32,000 nt of DNA from Erysipelotrichaceae bacterium MTC7 (lineage in GTDB: Bacteria; Bacillota_I; Bacilli_A; Erysipelotrichales; Erysipelotrichaceae): assembly GCA_001695645.1 (NCBI GenBank), contig LVZN01000012.1, positions 180,001 through 212,000 on the forward strand, read 5' to 3'. The translations under genes were made by a program, and so were the position numbers. The notes under the pieces are model-generated. The model was not told where the DNA came from, did not search any database, and saw only the letters and a list, made by a program, of their open reading frames with translations. Below, in pieces: positions 15,308 through 24,758 of the stretch (position 1 is its first letter; every line of letters begins with the position of its first letter).

Positions 15308-16462
15308 ATGGATGTAAGAGATGATATAAAACAACTAGAGAATGAAATTTGTTTGATGCGTAGGGAACTTCATCAAATACCGGAAACCGGTTTTGAGACG
15401 AAACAAACCTTAGATTACGTGGTCAATAAACTAACTGGCTTTGGTTATGATAACTTTGACTTTAGCTTAGCTAAAAATTCTGTTGTGGTTCAACTACGAG
15501 TTAATGATGAACCAACATCGATTGGTTTTCGTAGTGATATGGACGCTTTACCATTAAAAGAAGAAACCAAACGTTCGTTTGCTTCTGTGAATGGGAACAG
15601 CCATGCCTGTGGTCATGATGGACACATGGCAGCACTTTTAGGATTATGTAAATACGTGATGGATCATAAAGAACATATAAAAAAGAACATTACCTTTGTG
15701 TTTCAACCAGCTGAAGAAGGTCCCGGTGGGGCAAAAGTCATGATTGAAAACGGTCTGTTTCAATTATATCCGATGGAATGCATCATAGGTGTTCATGTCA
15801 TGGGTGAAGTTGAAGCAGGTCGCATAGCCTGCAAGGCTGGTCCAATGATGGCACGTAATGGAGAGTTGTTTGTGAACATCACAGGCAAGGGAACACACGG
15901 AGCGACACCACACTTAGGTAGTGATGCAATTGTTGCTGGTAGTGCCTTTGTTAGTGCCTTACAAAGCATTACATCTAGAAATATCAATCCATTACATAGC
16001 AGTGTTGTGACAATTGGGACATTTCATGCAGGAAGTGCAGAAAATATCATTGCAGAAACATGTGCAATGAAGGGAACCATTCGTTCTTTTCAAGATGAAG
16101 CGTACGAAAAAATCAAAGAACGAATTCAAGAAATTGCAGAAGGCGTGTCAAAAACATACAATGTTACAATCGATGCTAAAATTGTTGACTATTACTTTGT
16201 TGTTGATAATGATGAAAAATTATACAAGCTTTTGGAGGATGTCTTACAAGATGATTTACAAGTGGTTGAACCAAAAATGGTCGCAGAAGACTTCTCGTTC
16301 TATCAAAAAGAAATACCAGGGCTTTTCTACTATATTGGAACACACACAGATCAATACGATCAAAACCTCCATAGTGCAAAATTTGACTTTGACGAAACCG
16401 TATTGCTTCATGTCATCGAAACAAATGTGCGATTGTTAGAAGGGATGCATGTATATGATTGA
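15308..16462 (+). CDS. M20 family amidohydrolase (N-acyl-amino-acid/hippurate hydrolase, N-acetyl-diaminopimelate deacetylase type)
   Basis: 'LHQIPETGFETKQT', 'HACGHDGHMA' and 'FQPAEEGPGGAK' are M20D motifs. SD AAGGAG upstream. Confidence 0.85.
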   Translation: MDVRDDIKQLENEICLMRRELHQIPETGFETKQTLDYVVNKLTGFGYDNFDFSLAKNSVVVQLRVNDEPTSIGFRSDMDALPLKEETKRSFASVNGNSHACGHDGHMAALLGLCKYVMDHKEHIKKNITFVFQPAEEGPGGAKVMIENGLFQLYPMECIIGVHVMGEVEAGRIACKAGPMMARNGELFVNITGKGTHGATPHLGSDAIVAGSAFVSALQSITSRNINPLHSSVVTIGTFHAGSAENIIAETCAMKGTIRSFQDEAYEKIKERIQEIAEGVSKTYNVTIDAKIVDYYFVVDNDEKLYKLLEDVLQDDLQVVEPKMVAEDFSFYQKEIPGLFYYIGTHTDQYDQNLHSAKFDFDETVLLHVIETNVRLLEGMHVYD

Positions 16463-17174
16463 TGTACACTGTCATATTCTGTATCGTGTAGATGATGCAA
16501 GTCAACGCTCTACAGAATCACTTGATATGTTAAAAGTAGCTGCTGCTGATGGAATTAGAACCATTGCAGCAACCAGTCATATCAAACCACCGATGTATGA
16601 AAACACCAAACAAGACTTACAAGAAGCATTGGATCGTGTTCGTGCCTTAATCCAAGCAAATCATTTAGACATTGAAGTAATTCTTGGAGCAGAAAACTTT
16701 CTTAACCATAAAAGTATGCATTTGCTTGATGAAGATGGATTTGTGAGTTATGGAGATCATGGCAAGTATATGTTGGTGGAGTTTGCTTGGACCAAAAACA
16801 TCTATGATAAACCAACCAGTTACTTACAACGTATTATAGATAAAGGCTTCATTCCAGTTGTGGCACACCCAGAACGTTATCAATGGGTTCACGAAGATTA
16901 CGAATTGGTCCGTTTGTGGCGTAACATGGGATGTTTGATGCAAGTCAATCGAACAAGTGTCTTGCAACTTGATAAAATGGAAAAAGCAAATATTTTTGCG
17001 TTACGTTTGCTTGAAGATGATTTAGTGGACTGTATTGCAACAGATTCACATGCACCATATCCACCACGTTCACCAAAACTTAGTGATGTCTACAAATACA
17101 TCAGCGAACACTATGGCGAAGCGAAAGCAAAACATTATCTTGTCGATATGCCCGCTAAAATTATTGCGAAATAG
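16449..17174 (+). CDS. PHP-domain protein-tyrosine phosphatase, CpsB/YwqE-like
   Basis: 'MIDVHCHILYRVDDAS', 'TSHI', 'HPERY' and 'ATDSHA' are the CpsB metal-binding motifs. It overlaps the M20 stop. The start is 16449 or 16455. Confidence 0.85.
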   Translation: MYMIDVHCHILYRVDDASQRSTESLDMLKVAAADGIRTIAATSHIKPPMYENTKQDLQEALDRVRALIQANHLDIEVILGAENFLNHKSMHLLDEDGFVSYGDHGKYMLVEFAWTKNIYDKPTSYLQRIIDKGFIPVVAHPERYQWVHEDYELVRLWRNMGCLMQVNRTSVLQLDKMEKANIFALRLLEDDLVDCIATDSHAPYPPRSPKLSDVYKYISEHYGEAKAKHYLVDMPAKIIAK

Positions 17175-17219
17175 AAAAAAGATGTTGGAACAAGCAATGA
17201 ACCAACATCTTTTCTTTTG
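17175..17219. terminator. Bidirectional terminator between convergent genes
   Basis: AAAAGATGTTGG ... CCAACATCTTTT is flanked by an A-run on one side and a T-run on the other. Confidence 0.8.
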
Positions 17220-17474
17220 TTATTTCGTATGTGTTTGGTTTTGTAATAAAAGTTCTTGTGTACCGTTTGATACAAGTAACGTTCCAAATCCAAATAGCGC
17301 AAAACACACAAGCGCATATGTACTAATATCTTTAATGAATGTGTACGTCTTTTCTGGAGATTGATTGCTCTCCATTGCTGGATTGGTAAGTGCCCCAATC
17401 GTTAAAAACAACATGACAACAAACCAAAGAATCGCTACGACTTTTAGTACATTTCCAATTTTTTTTGTCTGCAT
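17220..17474 (-). CDS. Small hypothetical membrane protein (84 aa, 2 TM)
   Basis: SD AAGGGAG lies upstream on the minus strand. There are two hydrophobic helices ('VVAILWFVVMLFLTIGAL', 'YALVCFALFGFGTLLV'). No recognisable family. Confidence 0.55.
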   Translation of the reverse strand: MQTKKIGNVLKVVAILWFVVMLFLTIGALTNPAMESNQSPEKTYTFIKDISTYALVCFALFGFGTLLVSNGTQELLLQNQTHTK

Positions 17475-17521
17475 AATGTAAGCTCCCTTTATGTATAGGT
17501 TTATTATATATAAAATTGCAT

Positions 17522-17548
17522 TAAAAAAGAAGGAAATTAATCCTTCTT
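17522..17548 (-). terminator. Intrinsic terminator after the HIT gene (minus strand)
   Basis: Read on the minus strand: AAGAAGGA-ttaatt-TCCTTCTT followed by TTTTTT. The hairpin includes the HIT stop codon. Confidence 0.75.
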
Positions 17549-17935
17549 AAGTAAGTTTTGTAAGGCTGGTAAATCTTGTTCTGGACTTTCTTTAAATTCA
17601 ATGACAACATCATCCGTTGCATGATAGCGGGGAATGATATGTACATGGAAATGAAATACGCTTTGTCCAGCAACTTCGTTCACATTGCTTAGAATGTTTA
17701 AACCAGTACAATCCAGTTTATTCATGTAACTCTTTGCAAGATCTTGTGCCACTACCATTACTTTTTGCATCGTTTCTGTATCTACATCAACGAAGTTTTC
17801 ATAATGTTTTTTTGGAATGACAAGCGTATGTCCTTTGGTTACTTGAGATATATCAAGGAAAGCTAGGACATCTTGATCTTCATACACTTTGTACGAGGGG
17901 ATTTCACCATCGATAATCTTACAGAAGATACACAT
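17537..17935 (-). CDS. HIT family (Hint-like) nucleotide hydrolase
   Basis: 'MCIFCKIIDGEIPS' and the histidine triad 'HFHVHIIPR'. Confidence 0.9.
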   Translation of the reverse strand: MCIFCKIIDGEIPSYKVYEDQDVLAFLDISQVTKGHTLVIPKKHYENFVDVDTETMQKVMVVAQDLAKSYMNKLDCTGLNILSNVNEVAGQSVFHFHVHIIPRYHATDDVVIEFKESPEQDLPALQNLLKKD

Positions 17936-17937
17936 AA

Positions 17938-18837
17938 TTATTTCTCAAACTTCCAACTAGATGATAGTAGTTCTTGGTAGATTTTAACATCGTGAATTGA
18001 GTAATCGTATTTCTTTAAGTAATATGCAAATGCACGATCAGCAAGAGGTTTTGGTGCATCCTCTTCTGTTGATTCTGTAATCGTAATTTCAGAGATGTTT
18101 GTAATTGCTTCATCTTTGAATTTTTCATAGTTTGTTTGTGTTACTTTTACAATGTAGTATGTTTCTGCTGTTGGATCTTGTAAGACTTTATCAACTACAC
18201 CTTTTTTAGACGCTTCTTCGATGTATTTCCAAGCAACATCAGGAAGTCCACTGTTGGTGTTATAGATAGCTTCTGATCCATTGTAAGTTCCTTCATCACC
18301 GAATTCTTTTGCGACAGCAGCAAAGTCTGCGTCTTTTTTCTTAGCAGCAGCTAATGCTTCTTTTGCTTTTGCTTCATCTTTTACTTGGATGATTTGAGCT
18401 TTCTTAGGACTGAATTCTTTTGCAAGGTCTGCTAAATTTGCTTTTACATATAATGAAGTAAGCTTGTTCATACGTGCGTTCAATAAGATAACATCGTTGT
18501 AAAAACTTTCTTCGTCTGCATAACCGTAACTCTTATATGTATTTTCCCATTGATCGCCATACGTTTCTTTATAGTATGCTAGATCTTCATCTGCTGCTTT
18601 TTTGATTTCATCGTCAACTTTTACAAGTTTATCGACAAGAATTTCGCTCATCGCACGTTGCACTGGAGTAATGTTTCCTTGTGCGACTAAACCTGTGTAA
18701 ATATCACCCTTGGTAATTTCTTCATCACCGATGGTAATTAAGACTTTATTGTCATCTTCGACTTGTGTTGTTGCATTGCTACATCCACTAACGAGTAATA
18801 GGCTAGCACAAGCAACTGTAAGTAATTTCTTTTTCAT
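17938..18837 (-). CDS. PrsA/SurA-like lipoprotein with degenerate parvulin-like domain
   Basis: Lipobox 'LLLVSGC'. The N-terminal chaperone-like region resembles PrsA. The central segment 'AQIIQVKDEAKAKEALAAAKKKDADFAAVAKEFGDEG' aligns with a parvulin domain but lacks the conserved His residues. SD AGGAGG. Confidence 0.65.
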   Translation of the reverse strand: MKKKLLTVACASLLLVSGCSNATTQVEDDNKVLITIGDEEITKGDIYTGLVAQGNITPVQRAMSEILVDKLVKVDDEIKKAADEDLAYYKETYGDQWENTYKSYGYADEESFYNDVILLNARMNKLTSLYVKANLADLAKEFSPKKAQIIQVKDEAKAKEALAAAKKKDADFAAVAKEFGDEGTYNGSEAIYNTNSGLPDVAWKYIEEASKKGVVDKVLQDPTAETYYIVKVTQTNYEKFKDEAITNISEITITESTEEDAPKPLADRAFAYYLKKYDYSIHDVKIYQELLSSSWKFEK

Positions 18838-18852
18838 TGTTGTATCCTCCTA

Positions 18853-19869
18853 TTATTCTTTCTCTTCTTCAACGCCCATGTATGTAAGCAGTTGCGATTT
18901 TAAATCTTTGTCATTAATTTTAACTCCAAGTTTTTCTGCTTTTTGCCAAACGACTTGTTTACGTAAGTTTGGGTTCGCTTCTTGAACTGCAGTGACAACT
19001 GCATCAGCGTAATCTTTTAACATTTTTTCTTTACTTGTTGTATCAATTTTAATTTTGTGGAATCCGTGTTCTGTACGAACCCATCCAGAAACTTCACCAT
19101 CTTTAAGTTTCCATGCAGCATCCTTAAACTCAGTAACTAGGGAACTGTCCTTCGTTTGGATACCTAGGCTACCATTTTTAGCAGCACTTGTTGTATCTTC
19201 AGAATATTCTTTTGCAACTTTTCCAAACGATTCATCTTTTAACAAGCTATCGATTTTATCCATTTTTGCTTGTTGTTCAGCAGTAACTTCTGCATCCTTT
19301 TCAACTGATACTAGGATATGACTGATCACGCGTGGTGATTTGTCTTCATAGATTTTGTCGAAAAGCTCTGGATTTTTATTGATGTAATCACTCATCATTT
19401 TTGTTGCTTTTTCAATGTCTAAGAAGTATTCTTCAAAGTCATCCACACCAGAATAACCAAGCTTTTGAAGTTCTGTATCCATGTAGCTTTCGTAATTCTT
19501 TCCTTGTGATGATTTAAAGCTTGCTTCAGCAGCTTCAAAGTTTGTTTCTGCTGTTTCTTTCATTTTGTCTGTTGCCTTTACACTTTGACTAACAACTTCA
19601 CGTTCTAACATTGAATAAGCAAGAATGACACCACTTGGTGTTTCACTGTCGCTTCCTGTTAATTCAAATAATTCTTTATAATATTTGTCTGCAGTGTAAT
19701 TTTTATCGGCTAAAGAGAAAATCACATCCTTACCATCAACACTTTTTGCTCCGATGGTATCTTTGTTTGTATCCCAAGCAAAATAGATCGCAAAAGCGAC
19801 TAAAATGGTTCCCACTAGAATAACAAACCAGAATTTTTTAAGGATATCCTTGATTGTTTCAATATTCAT
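18853..19869 (-). CDS. prsA: Membrane-anchored peptidyl-prolyl isomerase, PrsA-like (parvulin)
   Basis: SD AGGAGG lies 4 nt before the ATG at 19869. N-terminal TM anchor. Intact parvulin domain 'ISHILV...FGKVAKEYSEDTTSAAKNGSLG...GWVRTEHGFHKIKI'. Confidence 0.8.
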   Translation of the reverse strand: MNIETIKDILKKFWFVILVGTILVAFAIYFAWDTNKDTIGAKSVDGKDVIFSLADKNYTADKYYKELFELTGSDSETPSGVILAYSMLEREVVSQSVKATDKMKETAETNFEAAEASFKSSQGKNYESYMDTELQKLGYSGVDDFEEYFLDIEKATKMMSDYINKNPELFDKIYEDKSPRVISHILVSVEKDAEVTAEQQAKMDKIDSLLKDESFGKVAKEYSEDTTSAAKNGSLGIQTKDSSLVTEFKDAAWKLKDGEVSGWVRTEHGFHKIKIDTTSKEKMLKDYADAVVTAVQEANPNLRKQVVWQKAEKLGVKINDKDLKSQLLTYMGVEEEKE

Positions 19870-20006
19870 AATGCCTCCTACTATGTTTTTGCATTTTTGC
19901 ATATGCTAGTATATTATAAAGGAAACACTTACATAATTCTAGTGTTTACCGTAAAAGTTCACGAGAACTTCAATAAAAAAATTTTCGCAAAGTTAAGTCA
20001 TCTTCA

Positions 20007-20035
20007 TTGATTAAACGGCACTTTGTGAGTACAAT
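20007..20035 (+). promoter_or_regulatory. Candidate SigA promoter for the suf operon
   Basis: TTGATT (20007-20012), 17-nt spacer, TACAAT (20030-20035). Confidence 0.45.
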
Positions 20036-20060
20036 AATAGGAATGAGAGGTAGATAACAT

Positions 20061-20864
20061 ATGGCAAAGCTTATTATTAAAGATTTACATGTTGGAATAA
20101 ATGAAAAAGAAATTTTAAAGGGAGTAAACTTAGAAGTTGATTCTCACGAAATACATGCAATCATGGGACCAAACGGGCAAGGGAAGAGTACACTCTTGTC
20201 AGCGATTATGGGAGACCCTAAATTTACGATCACCAAAGGAAGTATTTCTTTTGATGGAAAAGATGTCTTAGCGATGAGCGTAGACGAAAGAAGTCGTATG
20301 GGTATTTTCTTAGGAATGCAATACCCTGCAGAAATTCCGGGAGTAAACAACTCGGATTTTATGCGTGCTGCAATGAATGCACGTTTAGAAAAACCAATCT
20401 CGTTATTTAAATTCATTAAGGAAATGGAAGGGGCAATTGAAGACCTTGGTTTATCAAGTGAAATGGCTCACCGTAACTTAAACGAAGGATTCTCTGGTGG
20501 AGAAAAGAAACGTAACGAAATTGTACAAATGAAATTGTTGAAACCAAATTTAGCAATGTTGGATGAAATTGACTCTGGATTGGATGTTGATGCTTTGCAA
20601 ATTGTTGCCAATGCAGTGTATGACTTATTTAACTCACAAGAGTTATCATTATTAATTGTCTCACACTACGAACGTTTCTTAGACTTGATCAAGCCAACAC
20701 ACGTTCATGTATTGCTTGATGGTAAAATCCAAGAGACTGGTGGATATGAACTCATTAAGAAAATTGATAGTGAAGGATACGACTGGGTATACGATAAATA
20801 CGGTGTTGAAAAACCTGCAATTCAAACGCGTATGTCACTAGATGCTTGTGGAGCGAAAAAGTAA
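20061..20864 (+). CDS. sufC: Fe-S cluster assembly ATPase SufC
   Basis: Walker A 'GPNGQGKST', signature 'FSGGEKKRNE' and Walker B 'LAMLDEIDSGLD'. First gene of the sufCDSUB order. Confidence 0.95.
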   Translation: MAKLIIKDLHVGINEKEILKGVNLEVDSHEIHAIMGPNGQGKSTLLSAIMGDPKFTITKGSISFDGKDVLAMSVDERSRMGIFLGMQYPAEIPGVNNSDFMRAAMNARLEKPISLFKFIKEMEGAIEDLGLSSEMAHRNLNEGFSGGEKKRNEIVQMKLLKPNLAMLDEIDSGLDVDALQIVANAVYDLFNSQELSLLIVSHYERFLDLIKPTHVHVLLDGKIQETGGYELIKKIDSEGYDWVYDKYGVEKPAIQTRMSLDACGAKK

Positions 20865-21658
20865 TGGAACAACTCGTAGGGAATACCAATCTTACGCTGG
20901 TTGATTCACAAGTAGAAATATATGAACTTCATGATACGCAGGAATTAAACATTACAACAACGGAACAAACAAAAAGCGAGTTAGTGATTCGACTTGTGGA
21001 AAACACAAATGTGAACTGTAGGATTGCTTTGGCACCATACAGTGAATTACACATCCTTTTTGATAATGAAACAAAACAAGCAAATATAAATGTTGTTGCT
21101 GATGTAAAACGTGGAGCAAGTATTCGTCTTGGTATGTATGAACTGAGTGAAAGTACGGTCAAAGAACAAGTGCTTGTGAATTTGCTTGACCAAGAAGCCA
21201 AGGCAAAAGTTATTTCAACAAGTATTTCTAGTACAAGCAAAGACTTTGATATTGAATGTATACATCATGCACCAAACACGAGTTCTGATATGAATAACTT
21301 TGAAATTTCAGATGCAGGGGCAAACTATACATTACGTGCTTGTGGAACGATAAAAAAAGGTGCTGTTGGTAGTAAATCGCACCAAATGAGTCGTATTCTA
21401 ACAACTAGTGAAAATCAAATCAGTAAGGCAACACCAGTCTTGTTGATTGATGAAAATGATGTAATGGCAAGCCATGCCAACTCGATGGGGAAAATGGACG
21501 ACCAACACCTTTACTATTTAACAAGTCGAGGAATGGATGAAAAACAAGCAAAAGAATTATTAACACTATCTTACTTGTTACCAATCAGTGAAGTGTTTGA
21601 TAACGAAGATATTCGCAGTGACTATATCAATAAAGTGCGTAGTCGCGTAGGTTTATAA
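20864..21658 (+). CDS. sufD: SufD-like Fe-S assembly protein (short form, 264 aa)
   Basis: The ATG overlaps the sufC stop (TAATG). The C-terminus 'ASHANSMGKMDDQHLYYLTSRGMDEKQAKELLTLSYL' is the conserved SufB/D motif. Position is between sufC and sufS. Confidence 0.8.
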   Translation: MEQLVGNTNLTLVDSQVEIYELHDTQELNITTTEQTKSELVIRLVENTNVNCRIALAPYSELHILFDNETKQANINVVADVKRGASIRLGMYELSESTVKEQVLVNLLDQEAKAKVISTSISSTSKDFDIECIHHAPNTSSDMNNFEISDAGANYTLRACGTIKKGAVGSKSHQMSRILTTSENQISKATPVLLIDENDVMASHANSMGKMDDQHLYYLTSRGMDEKQAKELLTLSYLLPISEVFDNEDIRSDYINKVRSRVGL

Positions 21659-21660
21659 AC

Positions 21661-22893
21661 ATGGATGTACAAAAAATAAGAGAAGACTTTCCAATGTTGA
21701 AAGTAAAAAGTAAAAAAGGTCATGACTTGATTTACTTTGACAATGCGGCAACCGCATTTAAACCTTATAGTGTAATTGATGCAGTAACTTCATATTACAC
21801 AAAGTATTCAGTGAATGCCCACCGTGGTGACTATGAACTCGGATTTACCGTGGATACGCTTTATGAAGAAGCACGTGAACGCGTGGCAAAATTTATAAAT
21901 TGTGAGAAAAAAGAAGTTGTTTTCACAACCGGAGCTAGTTTTGGCTTAAACCAAGTAGCATATGGATATGCGGGTCATATTTTGCAACCTGGAGATGTTA
22001 TTTTAACTGATGAAGCTGAACATGCATCTAACTATTTGCCATGGATGAACATCGCAGAACAAAAACAAGCGAAGCTTGAATTTATTCCACTTGATGAACA
22101 TGGGATGATTACACCTGAAAAAGTAAGAGAGATGATGTCTGACAAAGTAAAAATTGTGGCGATTGCACATGTCACAAACGTACTTGGTGCAGAAATTGAT
22201 ATAAAAGAAATTACACGTATTGTTCATGAATATGGTGCAATCATTGTGGTTGATGGTGCGCAAAGTGCACCACATATGAAAGTGGACATGCAAGATCTTG
22301 ATTGTGATTTCTTTGCTTTTAGTGGACACAAACTATGTGGACCAACTGGAATTGGCGTACTTTATGGTAAATACGAATTGCTGGAAGTTATGGAACCACT
22401 TTTACTTGGTGGTGGAAGTAATGCCCGTTACGATATGTGTGGAAACATCTTAATGAAAAACCCACCATACAAATTTGAACCAGGAACTCCACCAATTGAA
22501 GCAACGTTAGGTATGAAAGCAGCCATTGATTATATTGATAACTTGGGAATGGAAAACATTCACAAGTATGAACATGAATTACGTGATTATATGCTTAAAA
22601 AAATGCAAAGTGAACTTGATAATGTTGAAATCTACAATGCAAATGTGGAAAGTAGTATCATTACGTTCAATGTAAAAGATGTCTTTAGTCAAGATGCAGC
22701 AACGTATTTCTCAGACCAAGGAATTAGTTTACGTAGTGGACAACACTGTGCCAAACTGTTAATGGATGTATTAAAAACACCGAGTACATTGCGTGCAAGT
22801 CTATACTTCTACAACACCAAAGAAGAAGTTGATCACTTTATTGAAGTATGTAAGAGCATAAGTAAAGAATCCATGTTGGATGTATTCTTTTAG
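21661..22893 (+). CDS. sufS: Cysteine desulfurase SufS (class II)
   Basis: 'FSGHKLCGPTGIGVLYG' carries the PLP lysine and 'LRSGQHCA' the catalytic Cys. Confidence 0.95.
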   Translation: MDVQKIREDFPMLKVKSKKGHDLIYFDNAATAFKPYSVIDAVTSYYTKYSVNAHRGDYELGFTVDTLYEEARERVAKFINCEKKEVVFTTGASFGLNQVAYGYAGHILQPGDVILTDEAEHASNYLPWMNIAEQKQAKLEFIPLDEHGMITPEKVREMMSDKVKIVAIAHVTNVLGAEIDIKEITRIVHEYGAIIVVDGAQSAPHMKVDMQDLDCDFFAFSGHKLCGPTGIGVLYGKYELLEVMEPLLLGGGSNARYDMCGNILMKNPPYKFEPGTPPIEATLGMKAAIDYIDNLGMENIHKYEHELRDYMLKKMQSELDNVEIYNANVESSIITFNVKDVFSQDAATYFSDQGISLRSGQHCAKLLMDVLKTPSTLRASLYFYNTKEEVDHFIEVCKSISKESMLDVFF

Positions 22894-22905
22894 GAGGAAA
22901 TGTTT

Positions 22906-23355
22906 ATGAGTAGTATGATGAACGACCCGATGATTTTACGACAAATTATTATGGATCATGGAGAGCATCCAAGAAATCATGAATTGTCGCAAGATCCTAC
23001 ATATAAAGAAAAACACATGGCCAGCGATTCTTGTATCGATGATATCCATGTGCAAGCAAAAATTGAAGATGGAAAGATCGATGATGTACGTTTTGATGGG
23101 GTAGCATGTACCATCTCTACTTCATCAACCTCAATCATGAGTGAACTTCTCATTGGTAAAACCATCGAAGAAGCACGTGAAATTATTAAAAACTATCGTG
23201 CGATGATTGATGAAAAACCATACGATGAAGATTTACTTGAAGAAGCGGTTGCATTTAAAAACGTTGGAAAACAAGCCAACCGTATTCACTGTGCCACAAT
23301 TGGCTGGGATGGTATGGAAGCTTTAATTAATGAAAGCGAGGAACACCATGACTGA
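22906..23355 (+). CDS. sufU: Zinc-dependent sulfurtransferase SufU
   Basis: Cys/Asp ligand pattern 'DSCIDD', 'GVACTIS' and 'RIHCATIGW'. SD AGGAGG lies 8 nt before the ATG at 22906. Confidence 0.9.
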   Translation: MSSMMNDPMILRQIIMDHGEHPRNHELSQDPTYKEKHMASDSCIDDIHVQAKIEDGKIDDVRFDGVACTISTSSTSIMSELLIGKTIEEAREIIKNYRAMIDEKPYDEDLLEEAVAFKNVGKQANRIHCATIGWDGMEALINESEEHHD

Positions 23356-24754
23356 TAAAGAAAAAGAACTGGGACTAAGTGAAGACTATGAATATGGTTT
23401 TCATGATGAAGATACCAGTGTGTATAAAACAAAAAAAGGGTTATCAAAAGCGATCGTTGAAGAAATTTCAACAATAAAAGGTGAACCTGAATGGATGAAA
23501 GAATATCGTCTTAAAGCACTTGAATACTTTCAAAAGTCACCGATGCAAACATGGGGACCAGATTTAAGTGAAATCGATTTTGATGACTTTACATATTACA
23601 TCAAACCAAGTGATCGTACAGAGACATCTTGGGATGATGTTCCAGATACGATTAAGGAAACTTTTGATCGTTTAGGAATTCCAGAGGCAGAAAAAGACTT
23701 CTTAGCTGGAGTTACAACACAGTACGATAGTGAAGCTGTGTATCACAACATGCTACAAGAAGTACAAGATAAAGGGGTCATCTTCCTTGATACAGACACG
23801 GCATTAAAAGAACATGAAGATTTATTTAAGAAGTTCTTTGGGAAATTAATTCCTTACACGGATAACAAATTTGCAGCGTTAAACAGTGCTGTATGGAGTG
23901 GTGGTAGTTTTATTTACGTACCAAAAGGTGTGAAGTTAGATAAACCATTACAATCGTATTTCCGTATTAACACAGAACAAGGTGGTCAGTTTGAACGTAC
24001 ATTAATCATTGTCGATGAAGGTGCGGACATCCATTATGTTGAAGGTTGTACAGCTCCTGTGTATTCTAAAGATAGTTTGCATGCTGCAGTTGTTGAAATC
24101 TTTGTGCATAAAGATGCTAAATGTCGCTATTCAACAGTGCAAAACTGGAGTAGTAACATTATCAACCTTGTTACCAAACGTGCAAAAGTACTTTACAATG
24201 GAAGCATGGAGTGGATTGATGGAAATATCGGTTCAGGGATTAATATGAAATATCCTGCTTGCGTTCTAGCGGAAGAATATGCGAAAGGAACCACCGTTTC
24301 GATTGCCGTTGCAAGTAAAGGACAAGTCCAAGATGCAGGTGCCAAGATGATTCATTTAGCACCAAATACATCAAGCACGATAATTTCTAAATCAATCTCA
24401 AAAAAAGGTGGAGAAGTCAATTACCGTGGTATTGTTCGTCATGGAAAACATGCGAAATATGCCAAAAGTAAAATTGAATGTGATACACTTATATTAGACA
24501 AATTAAGTCGATCAGATACAATCCCAACAAATATCGTGGAAAACAATCACTCAACGATTGAACACGAGGCAACAGTATCAAAGATTTCTGAAGAACAATT
24601 ATACTATCTAATGAGTCGTGGGTTAACCAAAGAAGCTGCAGAAGAAATGATTGTAATGGGATTTTTAGAACCATTTACAAAAGAGTTACCAATGGAATAT
24701 GCAGTTGAACTTAACCAACTATTAAAAATGGATATGGAAGGGTCAATAGGGTAA
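23348..24754 (+). CDS. sufB: Fe-S cluster assembly scaffold SufB
   Basis: High-identity SufB motifs ('[23 protein letters not shown]', '[20 protein letters not shown]'). SD GAGGAA. The start overlaps the sufU 3' end. Confidence 0.95.
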   Translation: MTDKEKELGLSEDYEYGFHDEDTSVYKTKKGLSKAIVEEISTIKGEPEWMKEYRLKALEYFQKSPMQTWGPDLSEIDFDDFTYYIKPSDRTETSWDDVPDTIKETFDRLGIPEAEKDFLAGVTTQYDSEAVYHNMLQEVQDKGVIFLDTDTALKEHEDLFKKFFGKLIPYTDNKFAALNSAVWSGGSFIYVPKGVKLDKPLQSYFRINTEQGGQFERTLIIVDEGADIHYVEGCTAPVYSKDSLHAAVVEIFVHKDAKCRYSTVQNWSSNIINLVTKRAKVLYNGSMEWIDGNIGSGINMKYPACVLAEEYAKGTTVSIAVASKGQVQDAGAKMIHLAPNTSSTIISKSISKKGGEVNYRGIVRHGKHAKYAKSKIECDTLILDKLSRSDTIPTNIVENNHSTIEHEATVSKISEEQLYYLMSRGLTKEAAEEMIVMGFLEPFTKELPMEYAVELNQLLKMDMEGSIG

Positions 24755-24758
24755 TACT

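Noticed and set aside
17035-17398. ORFs 17035-17364(+) and 17135-17398(-) spanning the convergent terminator region.
   Set aside because: They run through the bidirectional terminator. The 17220-17474(-) ORF has an SD and two clean TM helices and is the better model, though it is itself only moderate confidence.
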